Assembly (NCBI GenBank): GCA_963702425.1
Contig: CAVPCQ010000015.1
Location: 32,001-96,000 of the forward strand
Direction of reading: 5' to 3'
DNA: 64,000 nt
DNA from: an uncultured Acidobacteriota bacterium
Lineage (GTDB): Bacteria; Acidobacteriota; Polarisedimenticolia; J045
Positions 11,629 through 22,700 of this stretch are shown here, piece by piece. The position numbers and the translations under genes are program-made. The notes under the pieces are model-generated. The model ran no database searches. It had not been told where the DNA came from and worked only from the letters and a program-made list of their open reading frames with translations. Position 1 is the stretch's first letter; every line of letters starts with the position of its first letter.

Positions 11629-12522
11629 ATGATGCCTTCGGTTGGATTGCTTGCGGTGGCCCGGCTCTTGCTTCCCCTGTTCGGGGTGGTGCCCGCGGCG
11701 CTCGACGCGGCAACGGCTGATTCCGGCCCGGCACCGCCCAAGGCCCTGCAGGTCGAGCTCCGGACCGACCTCGGCCCGATCCGGTTGGAGCTCGACCCGG
11801 TGGCCGCCCCCGAAACCGTGGCCCGCTTCCTCGCCCGCGCCGGGCTCGCCCCCGCTCCCGCGGGGGGCGCCCGCTTGTTTCCCTACGCCGGCTCGTGGGT
11901 CTGCGAGCTGCGGGCCCGCGGGTTCGTGGCGTTCGGGTGTGCACCCTACGAGCTGGCCGCCCCCAAGCCGAGGGCGCCGGGAATCGAGCCGCCGACGCCG
12001 GACGAGATCGACGGAACCGCGCTCGAACTTGGGCGGCGGCCGATCGGCGACGTCGCGCAGCGGGACTGGCTCTGGCAGTCGGAGGTCTTTCCGCGCTACG
12101 TCGCGTTGCGCGAGAAAGAGCAGCCGATCCCGCCCGGGCTCGCCACACTCGTGGCGGCAGTCGAAGAGGAAGGTGTCGGAGCGACCGCCCGGCTGAACGG
12201 GATGACGCGCCTGGCCTACCTCGAGGCCCTCGGCTATCGCTACACACCCGGCCGTTCCGCGCGTCCCGTCGAGCGCGGCGCGGTGCTCACGGCGAATCTC
12301 TATCCCGGCGAGGCGGACGAACGGTTCGTCATCGCCTTGACTTCGATCCCCGAGCGGGACGGTCGCGGTACGGTCTTTGGCCGCGTCGTCGACGGCTGGG
12401 AGACCCTGGCCGCCATCGAGAACGTGCCCGTCGAAAAGGGGCACCGACCGCTGTCCCCGATTCGTATTCTGGACGTCACACGCGTCGCCCTTCCGGGCGA
12501 CGATGGGAACCCACATCCATGA
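11629..12522 (+). CDS. Secreted cyclophilin-type peptidylprolyl isomerase-like protein with internal insertion
   Basis: VELRTDLGPIRLELDPVAAPETVARF at the N-end; DGRGTVFGRVVDGWETLAAIENVP at the C-end. Confidence 0.75.
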   Translation: MMPSVGLLAVARLLLPLFGVVPAALDAATADSGPAPPKALQVELRTDLGPIRLELDPVAAPETVARFLARAGLAPAPAGGARLFPYAGSWVCELRARGFVAFGCAPYELAAPKPRAPGIEPPTPDEIDGTALELGRRPIGDVAQRDWLWQSEVFPRYVALREKEQPIPPGLATLVAAVEEEGVGATARLNGMTRLAYLEALGYRYTPGRSARPVERGAVLTANLYPGEADERFVIALTSIPERDGRGTVFGRVVDGWETLAAIENVPVEKGHRPLSPIRILDVTRVALPGDDGNPHP

Positions 12523-14501
12523 ACTCTCGGTCCTCCCGTCCGCCCCTCGTCGCGCGCGCCGCGCTCTGCGTCGCGTGCGCCGTCACCAGCGTCCCGGCCT
12601 GGGCCGCCGCCCCGGTTGCGCGGGTCGATCACGGCCCGGCCGCCGTGCCGGACGGCACGATCGATCCGGCGACGCTGCCGGTGTACGTCGCGGAGTCGCA
12701 GGACGGCCGCCGCGTGCCGCGGTTGATCCCGAACGTCTTCCCGGCGCCGGGCGAGATTCCGGCTGGCGCCGCGGGATCCGGGCTCTTCCCGACTCCTGCC
12801 GGTCCCGGAATCACGTACGTGCTGGACGGCATGTCCGGGGCCGAGGGTCTGGGCGACGGTGCAACGCTCGGAACGGACGCGTTTCCGACGATCGACGTGC
12901 GCTTCGACAGCCCGTTCGACGGCAGCACGGCTCCGCCCGACTCGGTCGTGGCGGTCGGGCGGAACCACGCCGTCTCTCTGGTCAACGTGCTGATCGGGAT
13001 CTACGACAAGTCGGGCGTGCTCAAACAGGGACCGTTCTCGCTGCGCAGCTTCTTCGGCATCCCCCCCGGGTGGGGCGATTTCGATCCACTCGCCGTGTAC
13101 GACCCGTTCTCCGACCGCTACATCGTCGCGGTGCTGGCCGACAACGGCTCGGCCTCGGACGCGCGGATCTACATCGCCTTCTCGCAGACCGGCGACGCGA
13201 CCGGCACTTGGAACAAGTACTGGATCGACGCCGACCGCGGCCAGCCCAACATCTGGGCCGACTACGGGTCGATCGGGATCGACCGCAACGCGGTCTACCT
13301 GACGGCGAACATGTTCACCCGCACGAACGGTTTCTCGAACGTCACCCTGTTCGTCTACGACAAGGAGGACGGCTATGCCGGGCGCGCGCTCGACAACACG
13401 CACCTGATCGACGTGCGCACCGCGAGCAACGGATCCCCCTTCCGGTTGCGGCCGGCGTTCGTGGGAGAGGCCGTTCCCGGCGACGCGTACTACCTCGCCC
13501 ACACCGACAACAGCTTCGGCAGCGTGATGAACGTCTTCAAGCTGACGGGCGACCGGTTCGCGTCGCCCACGCTTGCCGCCAGCACGGTGGCACTCCCGGG
13601 GCTGTACTTCGCCCCGGGCAAGGGACGGCAACCGGGCGGCAACCCGGGCGTGGCGACGCTCGGAGCGAATCTCTGGAACGTCTACTACCGTGGCGGCAAG
13701 CTCTGGACCGTGATGTCGGTCGGCGGCTCGAGCGGGATCGCCGCCTGGGTCCACCGGGTCGACGTCGCCGCCGCGCCGTTCACGCGCGAGCAGACCTACC
13801 AAGTCGAAGCGAACAACAGCGACCTCTACTTCCCCCACGTCGTCCCCGACGTCGAGGACAACGACTTCGCCCTCTTCTCGGCCTTCTCCTCCGCATCCGT
13901 CTACCCCAGCGCCCGGTACACCAACGTCTCGGCTGCCGGCGCGGTGCGCTTCGCGGAGAACATGGCGAACGGTACGTTGCGCAACAACTCCGAGCGTCAC
14001 GGCGACTACTTCGCGGTCGGGACGGATCCCAAGGACCCGAATCGCCTCTGGGCCATCGTCCAGTACCATAAGAACAGCACCTTCTCCGGTAACTCGATCA
14101 TCGCGTCGGTACGCTTCGAGGACGTCCCCGTTCCGTCGGGGCCGCCGCCGGTGCCGGATGGCCGGGTCGTCGCCGGGACGCAGGTCCAGCTGCAGCGGGC
14201 GGGCGGGAACGTGACGGTCACTTGGGATGCGACGAGGTGCTCGCCGAGCGGCAACCACCTCGTCTGGTACGACCTGGCGACGATCGCCTCCTACGCGATC
14301 CAGCAGACGACGTGCGGCATCGGGAACTCCGGTGCGTGGACCGGACCGGCTCCGGTCGGCGACGTCGGCGTGCTCGTCGTCAGCGACGACGGCGTCAACA
14401 CCGAGGGCTCGTACGGCCCGAACAGCCAGGGCCAGGAGCGGCCGTCGAGCACCAGCGCCTGCGGCATCACCGCGAAGAGCACCGGCGGCACCTGCCCCTG
14501 A
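12519..14501 (+). CDS. Large secreted protein (probable beta-propeller-like body plus Cys-containing C-terminal module)
   Basis: ATGA overlap with the upstream gene; signal peptide ..VPAWA; PPDSVVAVGRNH, DPLAVYDPFSDRY, ADYGSIGID, RHGDYF motifs. Confidence 0.8.
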   Translation: MNSRSSRPPLVARAALCVACAVTSVPAWAAAPVARVDHGPAAVPDGTIDPATLPVYVAESQDGRRVPRLIPNVFPAPGEIPAGAAGSGLFPTPAGPGITYVLDGMSGAEGLGDGATLGTDAFPTIDVRFDSPFDGSTAPPDSVVAVGRNHAVSLVNVLIGIYDKSGVLKQGPFSLRSFFGIPPGWGDFDPLAVYDPFSDRYIVAVLADNGSASDARIYIAFSQTGDATGTWNKYWIDADRGQPNIWADYGSIGIDRNAVYLTANMFTRTNGFSNVTLFVYDKEDGYAGRALDNTHLIDVRTASNGSPFRLRPAFVGEAVPGDAYYLAHTDNSFGSVMNVFKLTGDRFASPTLAASTVALPGLYFAPGKGRQPGGNPGVATLGANLWNVYYRGGKLWTVMSVGGSSGIAAWVHRVDVAAAPFTREQTYQVEANNSDLYFPHVVPDVEDNDFALFSAFSSASVYPSARYTNVSAAGAVRFAENMANGTLRNNSERHGDYFAVGTDPKDPNRLWAIVQYHKNSTFSGNSIIASVRFEDVPVPSGPPPVPDGRVVAGTQVQLQRAGGNVTVTWDATRCSPSGNHLVWYDLATIASYAIQQTTCGIGNSGAWTGPAPVGDVGVLVVSDDGVNTEGSYGPNSQGQERPSSTSACGITAKSTGGTCP

Positions 14502-14516
14502 TCCCCTCGCGCCTGC

Positions 14517-14542
14517 GGGCCGGCACGGAGGCCGGCCCCTAC
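14517..14542 (-). repeat. GTAG-family REP-like palindrome, copy 1
   Basis: Minus strand GTAG-GGGCCGGC-CTCCGT-GCCGGCCC, intergenic. Confidence 0.7.
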
Positions 14543-14557
14543 GGCTATGATGGCGCC

Positions 14558-15541
14558 ATGCTCGCGATGGTGCTCGAACGCGCGGGCCAACCGCTCGTGC
14601 CGAAGGACCTCCCCGAACCGGTTCCGGGTCCGGGAGACGTGCTGCTCGACGTCCTCGCCTGCGGCATCTGCCGCACCGACCTGCACGTCGTCGACGGCGA
14701 GCTGACGCGGCCGAAGCTGCCCCTCGTGCCCGGCCACCAGGTCGTGGGGCGGGTGCGCGCGACGGGCTCCGGGGTGACCGGCCTGGCCGCGGGAGACCGC
14801 GTCGGCGTCCCCTGGCTGGGCTGGACCTGCGGGAACTGCCCCGCCTGTGCGCGCGGTCGCGAAAATCTCTGCCCGGCCGCCCGCTTCACGGGCTACGACC
14901 GCGACGGCGGCTTCGCCGAGCGCTGCCTCGCCGACGCGCGCTACTGCTTTCCGGTCCCGGCGGGCTATCCCGACCTCCAGGCGGCACCCCTGCTGTGCGC
15001 CGGCCTGATCGGCTATCGCGCGCTCTCGCTGGCCGGCGACGCGACGGTGCTCGGCCTCTACGGCTTCGGCGCCGCGGCGCACATCGTGATCCAGCTCGCA
15101 CGGTACCAGGGACGCCGCGTGTTCGCGTTCACCCGGCGCGGCGACCTCGCCGCGCAGCGCTTCGCCCGTGCGCTGGGTGCGGAGTGGACCGGCGCGAGCG
15201 AGGACGCCCCTCCGGAGCCGCTCGACGCCGCGCTGCTGTTCGCTCCGGTCGGCGCACTCGTGCCGCTCGCGCTGCGGGCGGTCGCGCCCGGCGGTACCGT
15301 CGTCTGCGCCGGGATCCACATGAGCGACATCCCTTCCTTCCCGTACGCGGCACTGTGGGGCGAGCGTCGGATCGTGTCGGTCGCCAACCTCACGCGGCGT
15401 GACGGCGAGGAGTTCCTCGCGCTCGCACCGGACGTCCCGGTGCGGACCGAGGTGACGGTCTTCCCGCTCGCCGCGGCCAACGCGGCGCTGGCCGCGCTGC
15501 GCGACGGGCGTCTCGTGGGCGCCGGCGTGCTGCGGCCCTGA
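14558..15541 (+). CDS. Zinc-dependent alcohol dehydrogenase
   Basis: CGICRTDLH, PGHQVVG, CGNCPACARGRENLC, GLYGFGAA; start ATG 14558 lies 6 nt after TATGAT. Confidence 0.95.
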   Translation: MLAMVLERAGQPLVPKDLPEPVPGPGDVLLDVLACGICRTDLHVVDGELTRPKLPLVPGHQVVGRVRATGSGVTGLAAGDRVGVPWLGWTCGNCPACARGRENLCPAARFTGYDRDGGFAERCLADARYCFPVPAGYPDLQAAPLLCAGLIGYRALSLAGDATVLGLYGFGAAAHIVIQLARYQGRRVFAFTRRGDLAAQRFARALGAEWTGASEDAPPEPLDAALLFAPVGALVPLALRAVAPGGTVVCAGIHMSDIPSFPYAALWGERRIVSVANLTRRDGEEFLALAPDVPVRTEVTVFPLAAANAALAALRDGRLVGAGVLRP

Positions 15542-15550
15542 CGTCGGGCT

Positions 15551-16615
15551 CTACTCGTAGCCCTGGCGGGCCAGGACGTCGAGCCCCTTGCGATTGACTT
15601 CGACCTTGATCGGGCGGTAGGTACCGTTCGGCGGCCGCAGCGGCTTGAACCCCAGCCAGTACTGGTGCCGGAGGTCCTTGCGGATGGCAACCGCGGCCTT
15701 GTCGGTCTCGAAGAAGTCCTTGGCCAGGAAGAAGCGGCCTCCGGTCAGGCGCGCGATCTCGCGCAGCGGCCGGAGCGGCGTGGCCTGGGCCCGCTTCTCC
15801 TGGATCACGCGGTCCTCGCCGACCAGCGCGACGACGTAGATCGGCACCCCGATCGAGCGTGCCGCGCGGACCGCGTCGGCCTTCTCCTTCTCGCTCGAGT
15901 TGTCGAGCCCGTCCGTGACGAGCACGATCGCCTGCCGCTCCCCGGGCGCCGGCGGCAGCTGGGCCGCCGCGTCGTAGAGCGCGTCGATGATCGCGGTCCG
16001 GCCCTCGCGCCGGAGCGAGATGGCGGTGTCGAGCAGCGAGAACGGCTCTTCGGTCCAGTCGCCGTGCTGCTGTACGCCGTCCGCCGCGAACGAGAGCATC
16101 ATCAGCTCGTCGCCGCTGCGGAACTTCCAGAACAGGGTTTCCAGCGCGTCGCGCGTCCGCTGCTTCTGCAGCGGCGTGCCCATCGAGCCCGAGGTGTCGA
16201 GCAGCAGGACGACCCGTGCCGGCCTGTCGGTCTCCTCCGAGAACCAGGCGAGCGGGCGCCCGCGCCCCTCCTCCAGCACCTTGAAGTTCCGGGCCTTGAG
16301 TCCGCGGACCGGCCGGCCGCGCTTGTCGACGACGACCGAGGCCAGCATGACCATCGAGACGTCGACCTGTTCGGTGGGCAGGCCATCCATCACCTCCGCC
16401 AGCTCGGCGTCGGTGAGCGGCGGGCCTCCGGCATTGACGCGATCGAGCAGCGCCCGCGCGCGCTGCGCCTTGTCGACGGCCGCCGCGGGAGGAGTGGACG
16501 CGGGCCGAGCCGGGGCCACCGGCGCGGCGAGCGCGCCCGTGGCGAGACTGGCGAGGAGGGCGAGGTGCGCGAGGAACCGGGACACCGCGGACGCCCGCCG
16601 GGCGAGGACGGTCAC
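15551..16615 (-). CDS. Secreted VWA-domain protein (Acidobacteria-type VWFA)
   Basis: Signal peptide; VVDKRGRPVRGL; MIDAS DTSGS..T..TDG; QYWLGF..RPIKVEV..ARQGY tail. Confidence 0.88.
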   Translation of the reverse strand: MTVLARRASAVSRFLAHLALLASLATGALAAPVAPARPASTPPAAAVDKAQRARALLDRVNAGGPPLTDAELAEVMDGLPTEQVDVSMVMLASVVVDKRGRPVRGLKARNFKVLEEGRGRPLAWFSEETDRPARVVLLLDTSGSMGTPLQKQRTRDALETLFWKFRSGDELMMLSFAADGVQQHGDWTEEPFSLLDTAISLRREGRTAIIDALYDAAAQLPPAPGERQAIVLVTDGLDNSSEKEKADAVRAARSIGVPIYVVALVGEDRVIQEKRAQATPLRPLREIARLTGGRFFLAKDFFETDKAAVAIRKDLRHQYWLGFKPLRPPNGTYRPIKVEVNRKGLDVLARQGYE

Positions 16616-18387
16616 TGATACATCCGCTCCACGAGGTTCCGGAAGCGATCGATGATGGCCCGGCGCCGGATCTTCTTGGTCGGCGTCAGCAGGCCGTTCT
16701 CTTCGCTCGGCTCCTCGTGCAGGAACTCGAACTGCCGGGCCTTCTCGAACACCGCGAGATTGGCCTGGTGGCGGTTGAGCTCCTGCTGGAAAAGCTGCCG
16801 CACCTCGGGCCGGGCCAGCAGCGCACCGCGATCGTCGGCGGGCAGGTTCTTCTCCCGGGCCCAGGCGACGACCGCGTCGAAGTTGGGGACGATCAGCGCG
16901 CCGACCGAGGGCCGCTCGTCGCCGACCGCGATCACCTGCGCGATGTAGGGGCTGCGCTCGAGCGCTTCCTCGATCGCACGGGGCGCGATGTTCTTGCCGG
17001 TCGAGAGGACCATGATCTCCTTCTTCCGGCCGGTGATCTTCAGAAACCCTTCCTTGTCGAAGGCGCCGAGGTCGCCGGTGTGGAACCAGCCGCCGCGCAG
17101 GACCTCCTCCGTCTCGAGCGGCTTGTTGAGGTAGCCGGTCATGACGTTCGGACCGCGCGCCAGGATCTCCCCGTCACCGGCGATCTTGATCTCGACGCCC
17201 GGGATCGGCTTGCCGACGGTGCCGACCCGCACCGCGCCCGGGAAGTTGACGGCCAGGACGGGGGAGGTCTCGGTCAGGCCGTAGCCCTCGTAAACCGGGA
17301 TCCCCAGGCCCCAGAAGAAACGCGCCACCGATGGCGACAGGGCCGCCCCGCCGGAGATCAGGAACCGCACCCGGCCGCCCAGCTTCTCCCGGACCTTCCC
17401 GGCGATCAGACGCTCCGCGAGCCCGTAGGAGAGGGCCGCGACCCCGCGCGGCCGGTGGCCGGCGAGAAACGCGTCGGCCGCGGCGTCCACCGCGGCGAGG
17501 GCCCGCCCGCCGATGAACTTCTTCAGCCCGGTCTGCTGCTCGACCCCCTCCGTCACCTTCTGCGCGACGCGCTCGAGCAGGCGCGGCACGGTGACGAAGA
17601 CGTTCGGCCGGACTTCCACCAGCGAGTCGGCCACCCGCTCGAGGCTGCGCACGTAGGCGATGCCGATCCCCATCTCGATGAAGGCGTACTGCACCATCCG
17701 TTCGAGGACGTGCGAGAGCGGGAGGAATGACAGCGCGAGGTCGCCCTGCTCGAACTGAAAGGTGCGGATCGAGGCGTCGACGTTGGAGACGATGTTGGCG
17801 TGTGTCAGCATCACCCCTTTGGGGATCCCGGTCGTCCCGGAGGTGTAGATGATCGTCGCCAGGTTCCCGGGGCTGAGGCCGGCCAGCCGCTCCTCGATCA
17901 GGCCGGGGTGCGCCAGGAGGTGGGCGGCGCCGCGCTCGCGCAGCGCGCTGAAGTGGAGGACCCCCTCGGCCTCGGTGTCCATCCCCGCCACCTGCTCGAG
18001 CGCGCTGTCGCGCCGGACGCTGTTGATCTTCGCGGCCTGGTCGGTGGTCGAGACGATGGCGATCTTCCCGCCGCTGTCCCGCAGCAGATACCGGACCTGT
18101 TCGGCCGGGAGGGTCGGGTAGACCGGGACGGTGATCCCCCCGGCGAACTGGATCCCGAGGTCCGACAGGATCCATTCCGGGCGGTTCTCCGAGACCAGGA
18201 CGACCCGCTCGCCGGCCTGCAGGCCGAGCGCCACGAGCCCCGCCGCGATCTCCCGCACCTGGGCCAGGGCGTCCTGGGAGGAGATCCACTCCCAGCCGCC
18301 GGATCGGCGCGCCCCGAAGAGATCGGGGCGTCCCTTCTCGCGCACGGCCGAGAGAAACAGGGCGGGGAGATTCGATCGCGGCGGCAT
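16612..18387 (-). CDS. Long-chain fatty acid-CoA ligase (AMP-binding)
   Basis: IIYTSGTTGIPKGV, FLPLSH, YEGYGLTE, GWFHTGDLG, LTPTKKIRR; start MPPRSN at 18387. Confidence 0.93.
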   Translation of the reverse strand: MPPRSNLPALFLSAVREKGRPDLFGARRSGGWEWISSQDALAQVREIAAGLVALGLQAGERVVLVSENRPEWILSDLGIQFAGGITVPVYPTLPAEQVRYLLRDSGGKIAIVSTTDQAAKINSVRRDSALEQVAGMDTEAEGVLHFSALRERGAAHLLAHPGLIEERLAGLSPGNLATIIYTSGTTGIPKGVMLTHANIVSNVDASIRTFQFEQGDLALSFLPLSHVLERMVQYAFIEMGIGIAYVRSLERVADSLVEVRPNVFVTVPRLLERVAQKVTEGVEQQTGLKKFIGGRALAAVDAAADAFLAGHRPRGVAALSYGLAERLIAGKVREKLGGRVRFLISGGAALSPSVARFFWGLGIPVYEGYGLTETSPVLAVNFPGAVRVGTVGKPIPGVEIKIAGDGEILARGPNVMTGYLNKPLETEEVLRGGWFHTGDLGAFDKEGFLKITGRKKEIMVLSTGKNIAPRAIEEALERSPYIAQVIAVGDERPSVGALIVPNFDAVVAWAREKNLPADDRGALLARPEVRQLFQQELNRHQANLAVFEKARQFEFLHEEPSEENGLLTPTKKIRRRAIIDRFRNLVERMYQ

Positions 18388-18502
18388 CGGGTGGGGACTC
18401 CTTCGAGCTGGCGCGCGCCGAGGCTTGCGGCGACGAGAGATTAGCAGACCCGGGCGCACCGGGACCCTGCCCGGGGGCGGAGGGTATACTTCGAAAACGG
18501 CG

Positions 18503-19001
18503 ATGAAGCGGCCCTTCACTTACTTTTCGGTTGTGTTCGCCGGGCTGGTCCTGGCGGCCTCGGTGGCGGGGACCGCGCGCGCCGCAAAGCCTCCCGCGCC
18601 CTCCAAGGCGGACCGGGAGGCCGCGGCCCGGGTCGCCAAGGACCTGGAGTTCGCGACGGAGATGGTCCGCAAGGGGCTGTGGCGCGAAGCCCTCTTCCGC
18701 TGGGAGCGCGTCCTGATCCAGCGCCCCGGCGACGCGCACCTGCTGAACAACATCGCGGTCGCCCGCGAGGCGCTCGGCGACCGCGAGGGGGCGCGGCAGG
18801 CGTACGAGCGCGCCCTCGCGCTCTCGACCGAGCGCCCGATCGACGACAATTTCCTCTACTTCCGGCGCGCCGATCCGGCGCCGGAGCCGGCCGCACCGGG
18901 GGATGGCGTCGCGCCGTCGCCCGCCCCCGCGGACCCGGGCCTCACGGCGCCCGCGGCGGTCCCGGAGTCGGCGAACGACGGCACCGGGAGGCAGCCTGTG
19001 A
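18503..19001 (+). CDS. Secreted TPR protein (stop probably reached through a +1 frameshift near 18973)
   Basis: Signal peptide; GLWREALFRWER..AHLLNNIAVAREALG..ARQAYERAL. As read, the frame runs on into low-complexity sequence; removing one base gives ..APGGSL* at TGA 18999-19001, overlapping the next GTG. Confidence 0.7.
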
Positions 19002-19712
19002 CCGCGCGCCGGGCCCTCGTCGCGGGTACTCGTGCCGCGCTCGCCGCGCTGGTCCCCTTCGCGGCAGCCGATCGCGCTCCTCCCCGCCCCACCGGCCGCC
19101 GCCGGCGACTGGGAAGAGGTCGCGCTCGAGGTCTCGGTTCCGCCCCGCATCGAGACCTCCCCGGGCCAAACCGTGCTGGTGGCGATGTTCCGCGCCAACG
19201 ACCACGAGCGGATCGACATCGGGCTCGAAATGGCGCGCTGGGCGCGCCGCGAGATCGCTCGCAGCACGGACCTCAAGGTGCTCGACGTCCCGCCGCCCGC
19301 GATCCCCGAGCAGCGCCCCGAGAAGCTCGCAGTCAACGACGTCTTCTGGAAGCGCCTCGGAGAGGACTTCCGGGCCGACATCATCGTCTCCGGGGTCGTC
19401 GAGTTCTTCGTCGAGGACAAGTCGGGCTTCGTGACCAAGGACGTCGAGGACCCGGTCACCTTGCAGACCACGCGCCGTACGGTCTACCTCGAGCGCCGCG
19501 GCTTCAAGCTGAAGGTCGAGCTGTTCGTCCTCAAGGGGGACAACGGCGCCCTGCTCCTGGCCGACACCTGGAGTGAGGAGCGGGTGCTCGATGGCACCTC
19601 GGCCGAGGACCTGCAAATGTTCTACGACAGTCTCGAGATGGCGAAGGACGACGAGCGCGCGGTCTTCCTGCCCATGACGGTGAGGGAGCCCCGCTACCTC
19701 TGGCTGGAGTGA
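18998..19712 (+). CDS. Hypothetical exported alpha/beta protein (frameshift near 19068)
   Basis: GGGAGG RBS plus GTG 18998 gives signal peptide MTARRALVAGTRAALAALVPFAAA, which joins ORF 19032..19712 (IALLPAPPAAAGDWEE..) after removing one base. Confidence 0.65.
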
Positions 19713-19714
19713 CG

Positions 19715-22700
19715 ATGAGAAGGTACCCGATCCTCGCTGTCGGCCTCCTGACGGCCGGCCTGGCCGCGCTGGCCGTCGCGCCGCCCGCCTGGGCGCAGTT
19801 CGGCCGCAACAAGGTGACCTACGGCGATTTCAAGTGGACGATCTACGCCTCGCCGCACTTCGACGTCTACTACTACTTCGACGACGACCGCCTGCTGCAG
19901 CAGCTCGTCTCCGAGGCCGAGAGCGCGTACCTCCAGGTTTCGGGAACGCTCGACCACGAACTGCGGATCCGGATCCCGCTGATCCTCTACCGCAACCACG
20001 CCGACTTCGAGCAGACGAACATCACGCTGGCCGAGCTGCCCGAAGGGGTCGGCGCCTTCGCGGAGCCGATCCAGAACCGCATGGTCGTCCCGATCGACGA
20101 GCCGTCCGACAAGCGGTTCGCGCTGCTGAAGCACGAGCTCACCCACATCTTCGAGTTCGACATCCTGTACGGCGGTTCGCTGCGGCGGGCGCTGCGTGGC
20201 AACGCTCCGCTGTGGCTGATGGAAGGCCTCGCCAGCTACGTCGGAGACGACGAGGACAGCTTCGACCAGATGGTCATCCGCGACGCGGTCGTGAACAACA
20301 TCGTGCCGCCGATCGCAGCGCTGAACGTCCTGACCTTCCTGACCTACCGCTACGGGAACGCGGTCTTCTCTTACATCGAGGACAAGTATGGCGCCGAGGG
20401 GGTGCGGACCTTCCTGTTCGAGTTCCGCAAGCAGCTCGTCGGCGGCAACGTCGAGAAGGCCTTCAAGGACGCCTTCGGGCTCGATCTCGACCAGTTCGAC
20501 CGCGAGTTCGCGCGCTGGCTGCGCCAGCGGTACCTGCCGATCCTGACCAGCAAGCGCGCTCCCGCCGAGTACGGCCCGGAGATCGGCGTCACCAAGCCGG
20601 GACGCTATACCTTCTCCCCCTCCCTGAGCCCGAGCGGCGAGCTGATCGCGGCGCTCTCGACGCCCGGCCTGGAGCTCGACGCGGTCGTGCTGTCGGCGAA
20701 GGACGGCAAGCAGATCCGGAACCTGACCAAGGGATTCACCACCCGCTTCGAGGACATCATCGCCGGGGCCTTTGAAGCCAAGCGGGACATCACGTGGGCG
20801 CCGGACGGGGACCGCGTCGCGTTCTTCGTGCGGCGCGAGAACGATCGTCCGCTGATGATCTTCGACGTGACGAACGGCCGGGTCGTGGACCGGATCAAGT
20901 TCGCGCCGATCACCAACGAGAACTCGCCGGCCTACTCCCCGGACGGCAAGTGGATCGCGTTCTCCGGCAACCGGGACGGAGTCTGGGACATCTTTCTGTA
21001 CAACCTCGAGACGAAAGAGCTGGTCAACGCGACCCAGGACGAGTACTACGACCTCAACCCGTCGTGGTCCCCGGACGGCAAGTCGGTGCTCTACAACCGC
21101 CGGATCGGCGAGTTCCCGAAGATCTTCATGGTCGAGGTGGGTGCCCCCGAGCGCAAGACCCAGTTGACCGCGGGCGCCGCCTCGGACGTGCAGCCGGCCT
21201 GGTCGCGCGACGGCCGGACGATCTACTTCAGCTCCGACCGCGGCCTCTACGGGGTCTACAACCTGCACCGCCTCGACCTCGCGAGCGGCGGAATCGAGCG
21301 GCTGACCGACCTGGTCGGCGGCGCCTTCGGCCCGATCGAGCTGCTCCCCGATCCGGACCGGATCCCCCAGCTCGCCTACGCGGCGTTCGACGGCGGGACC
21401 TTCCGGGTCTACCGGATGAAGCTGGCGGGCGCGGCGATGGAGGAAGCGATCAAGGTCGGACGGACGGAGCCGCAGACGTCGCCGCACGCGCCGTCGCGCA
21501 GGAAGCTGCGGACGGGCGCGCTGCCCCCCGCGAGCAGCGCGCCGCCGCGACCGCAGTCGTCGCTTCGCCCGTTGCGCTGGGACTCGGGGGCGATGCCGGC
21601 GTCGTTCGACTGGCAGGCGGCTCCCACACCGCCGGAGACGCCTCCGCCCCCTCCCCTGCCCGCGAACGAGGAACCCCCCGGCGACCTCCTGCGCCAGGAC
21701 GAGGGTGACACCGACCTCGAGCCCTTCTCACCGCCGCTCGATCTCACGCTCGACCCGGACAAGAAGAAGAAGTACCGCGCGAAGTGGGACATCGAGATGC
21801 CGGACCTCTTCGTCGGCGTCACCAACAGCGGCGATTTCCTGACCAACTTCGTGTTCAACTTCTCCGACCTGCTGGGCGACCAGCGGGCTTCCTTCACGGC
21901 CTCGTCGGTCACGAGCTACACCAACTTCGACCTTACCTATTTCAACCTCGGCGGGCGCTGGGACTGGGGTGCGCGGCTGTTCGACTACCGCGACTTCTAC
22001 GTCGCGAGCACCGGCGCCCAGACCGAGGTGATCAACCAGCGGCAGCGCTACTCGGCGATCTCGGGCTTCGCCCAGTACCCCTTCAATCGCTACCTGCGGT
22101 TCGAGACCACCGCCGGCTACGCCGAGCGGCGCTACGACCAACCCTTCTTCGACCCCTTCACGGGGCAGACCGAGTTCGTGACCTCGGCCTCCAACTTCCC
22201 TTATCTCTCCGTGGGGCTGGTCTACGACTCGGTGCGCTACCAGTACTTCGGCCCCTACCAGGGGAAGCAGGTCTCGCTCACCGTGACCGGAGTGACCTTC
22301 ACCGGCGGCGACGACCAGGGCGAGGACGTGATCCAGTATTCGCTCGACACCCGGTTCTACCAGGGAATCACGCAGCGCAGCCTGCTCGCCCTGCGGCTGA
22401 TCGGCGTGTTCCAGACCGGCAACGCGGGTGCGATCTACGCGATCGGCGGGATCAACGAGATCCGCGGGTACGAGTACAACCAGTTCTTCGGCGACAACTA
22501 CATCCTGGCCAACCTCGAGCTGCGCTTCCCGCTGCTCGACTCGATGCGGCTCCCGTTCGGACTCAACCTGGCCCCGGTGCGTGGGTTCCTCTTCATCGAC
22601 TTCGGCACGACCTGGTTCGGCGACCAGGACTACCTCGTCATCGACGAAGAGACGGGGCTGCCGACGGGCCTCGCGCGCGGCAAGGCAACCTACTCCAACA

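Noticed and set aside
18131-19576. Single 481-aa TPR fusion protein
   Set aside because: An internal RBS, GTG and second signal peptide at 18998, plus low-complexity sequence after ~19070, favour two genes with indel errors.
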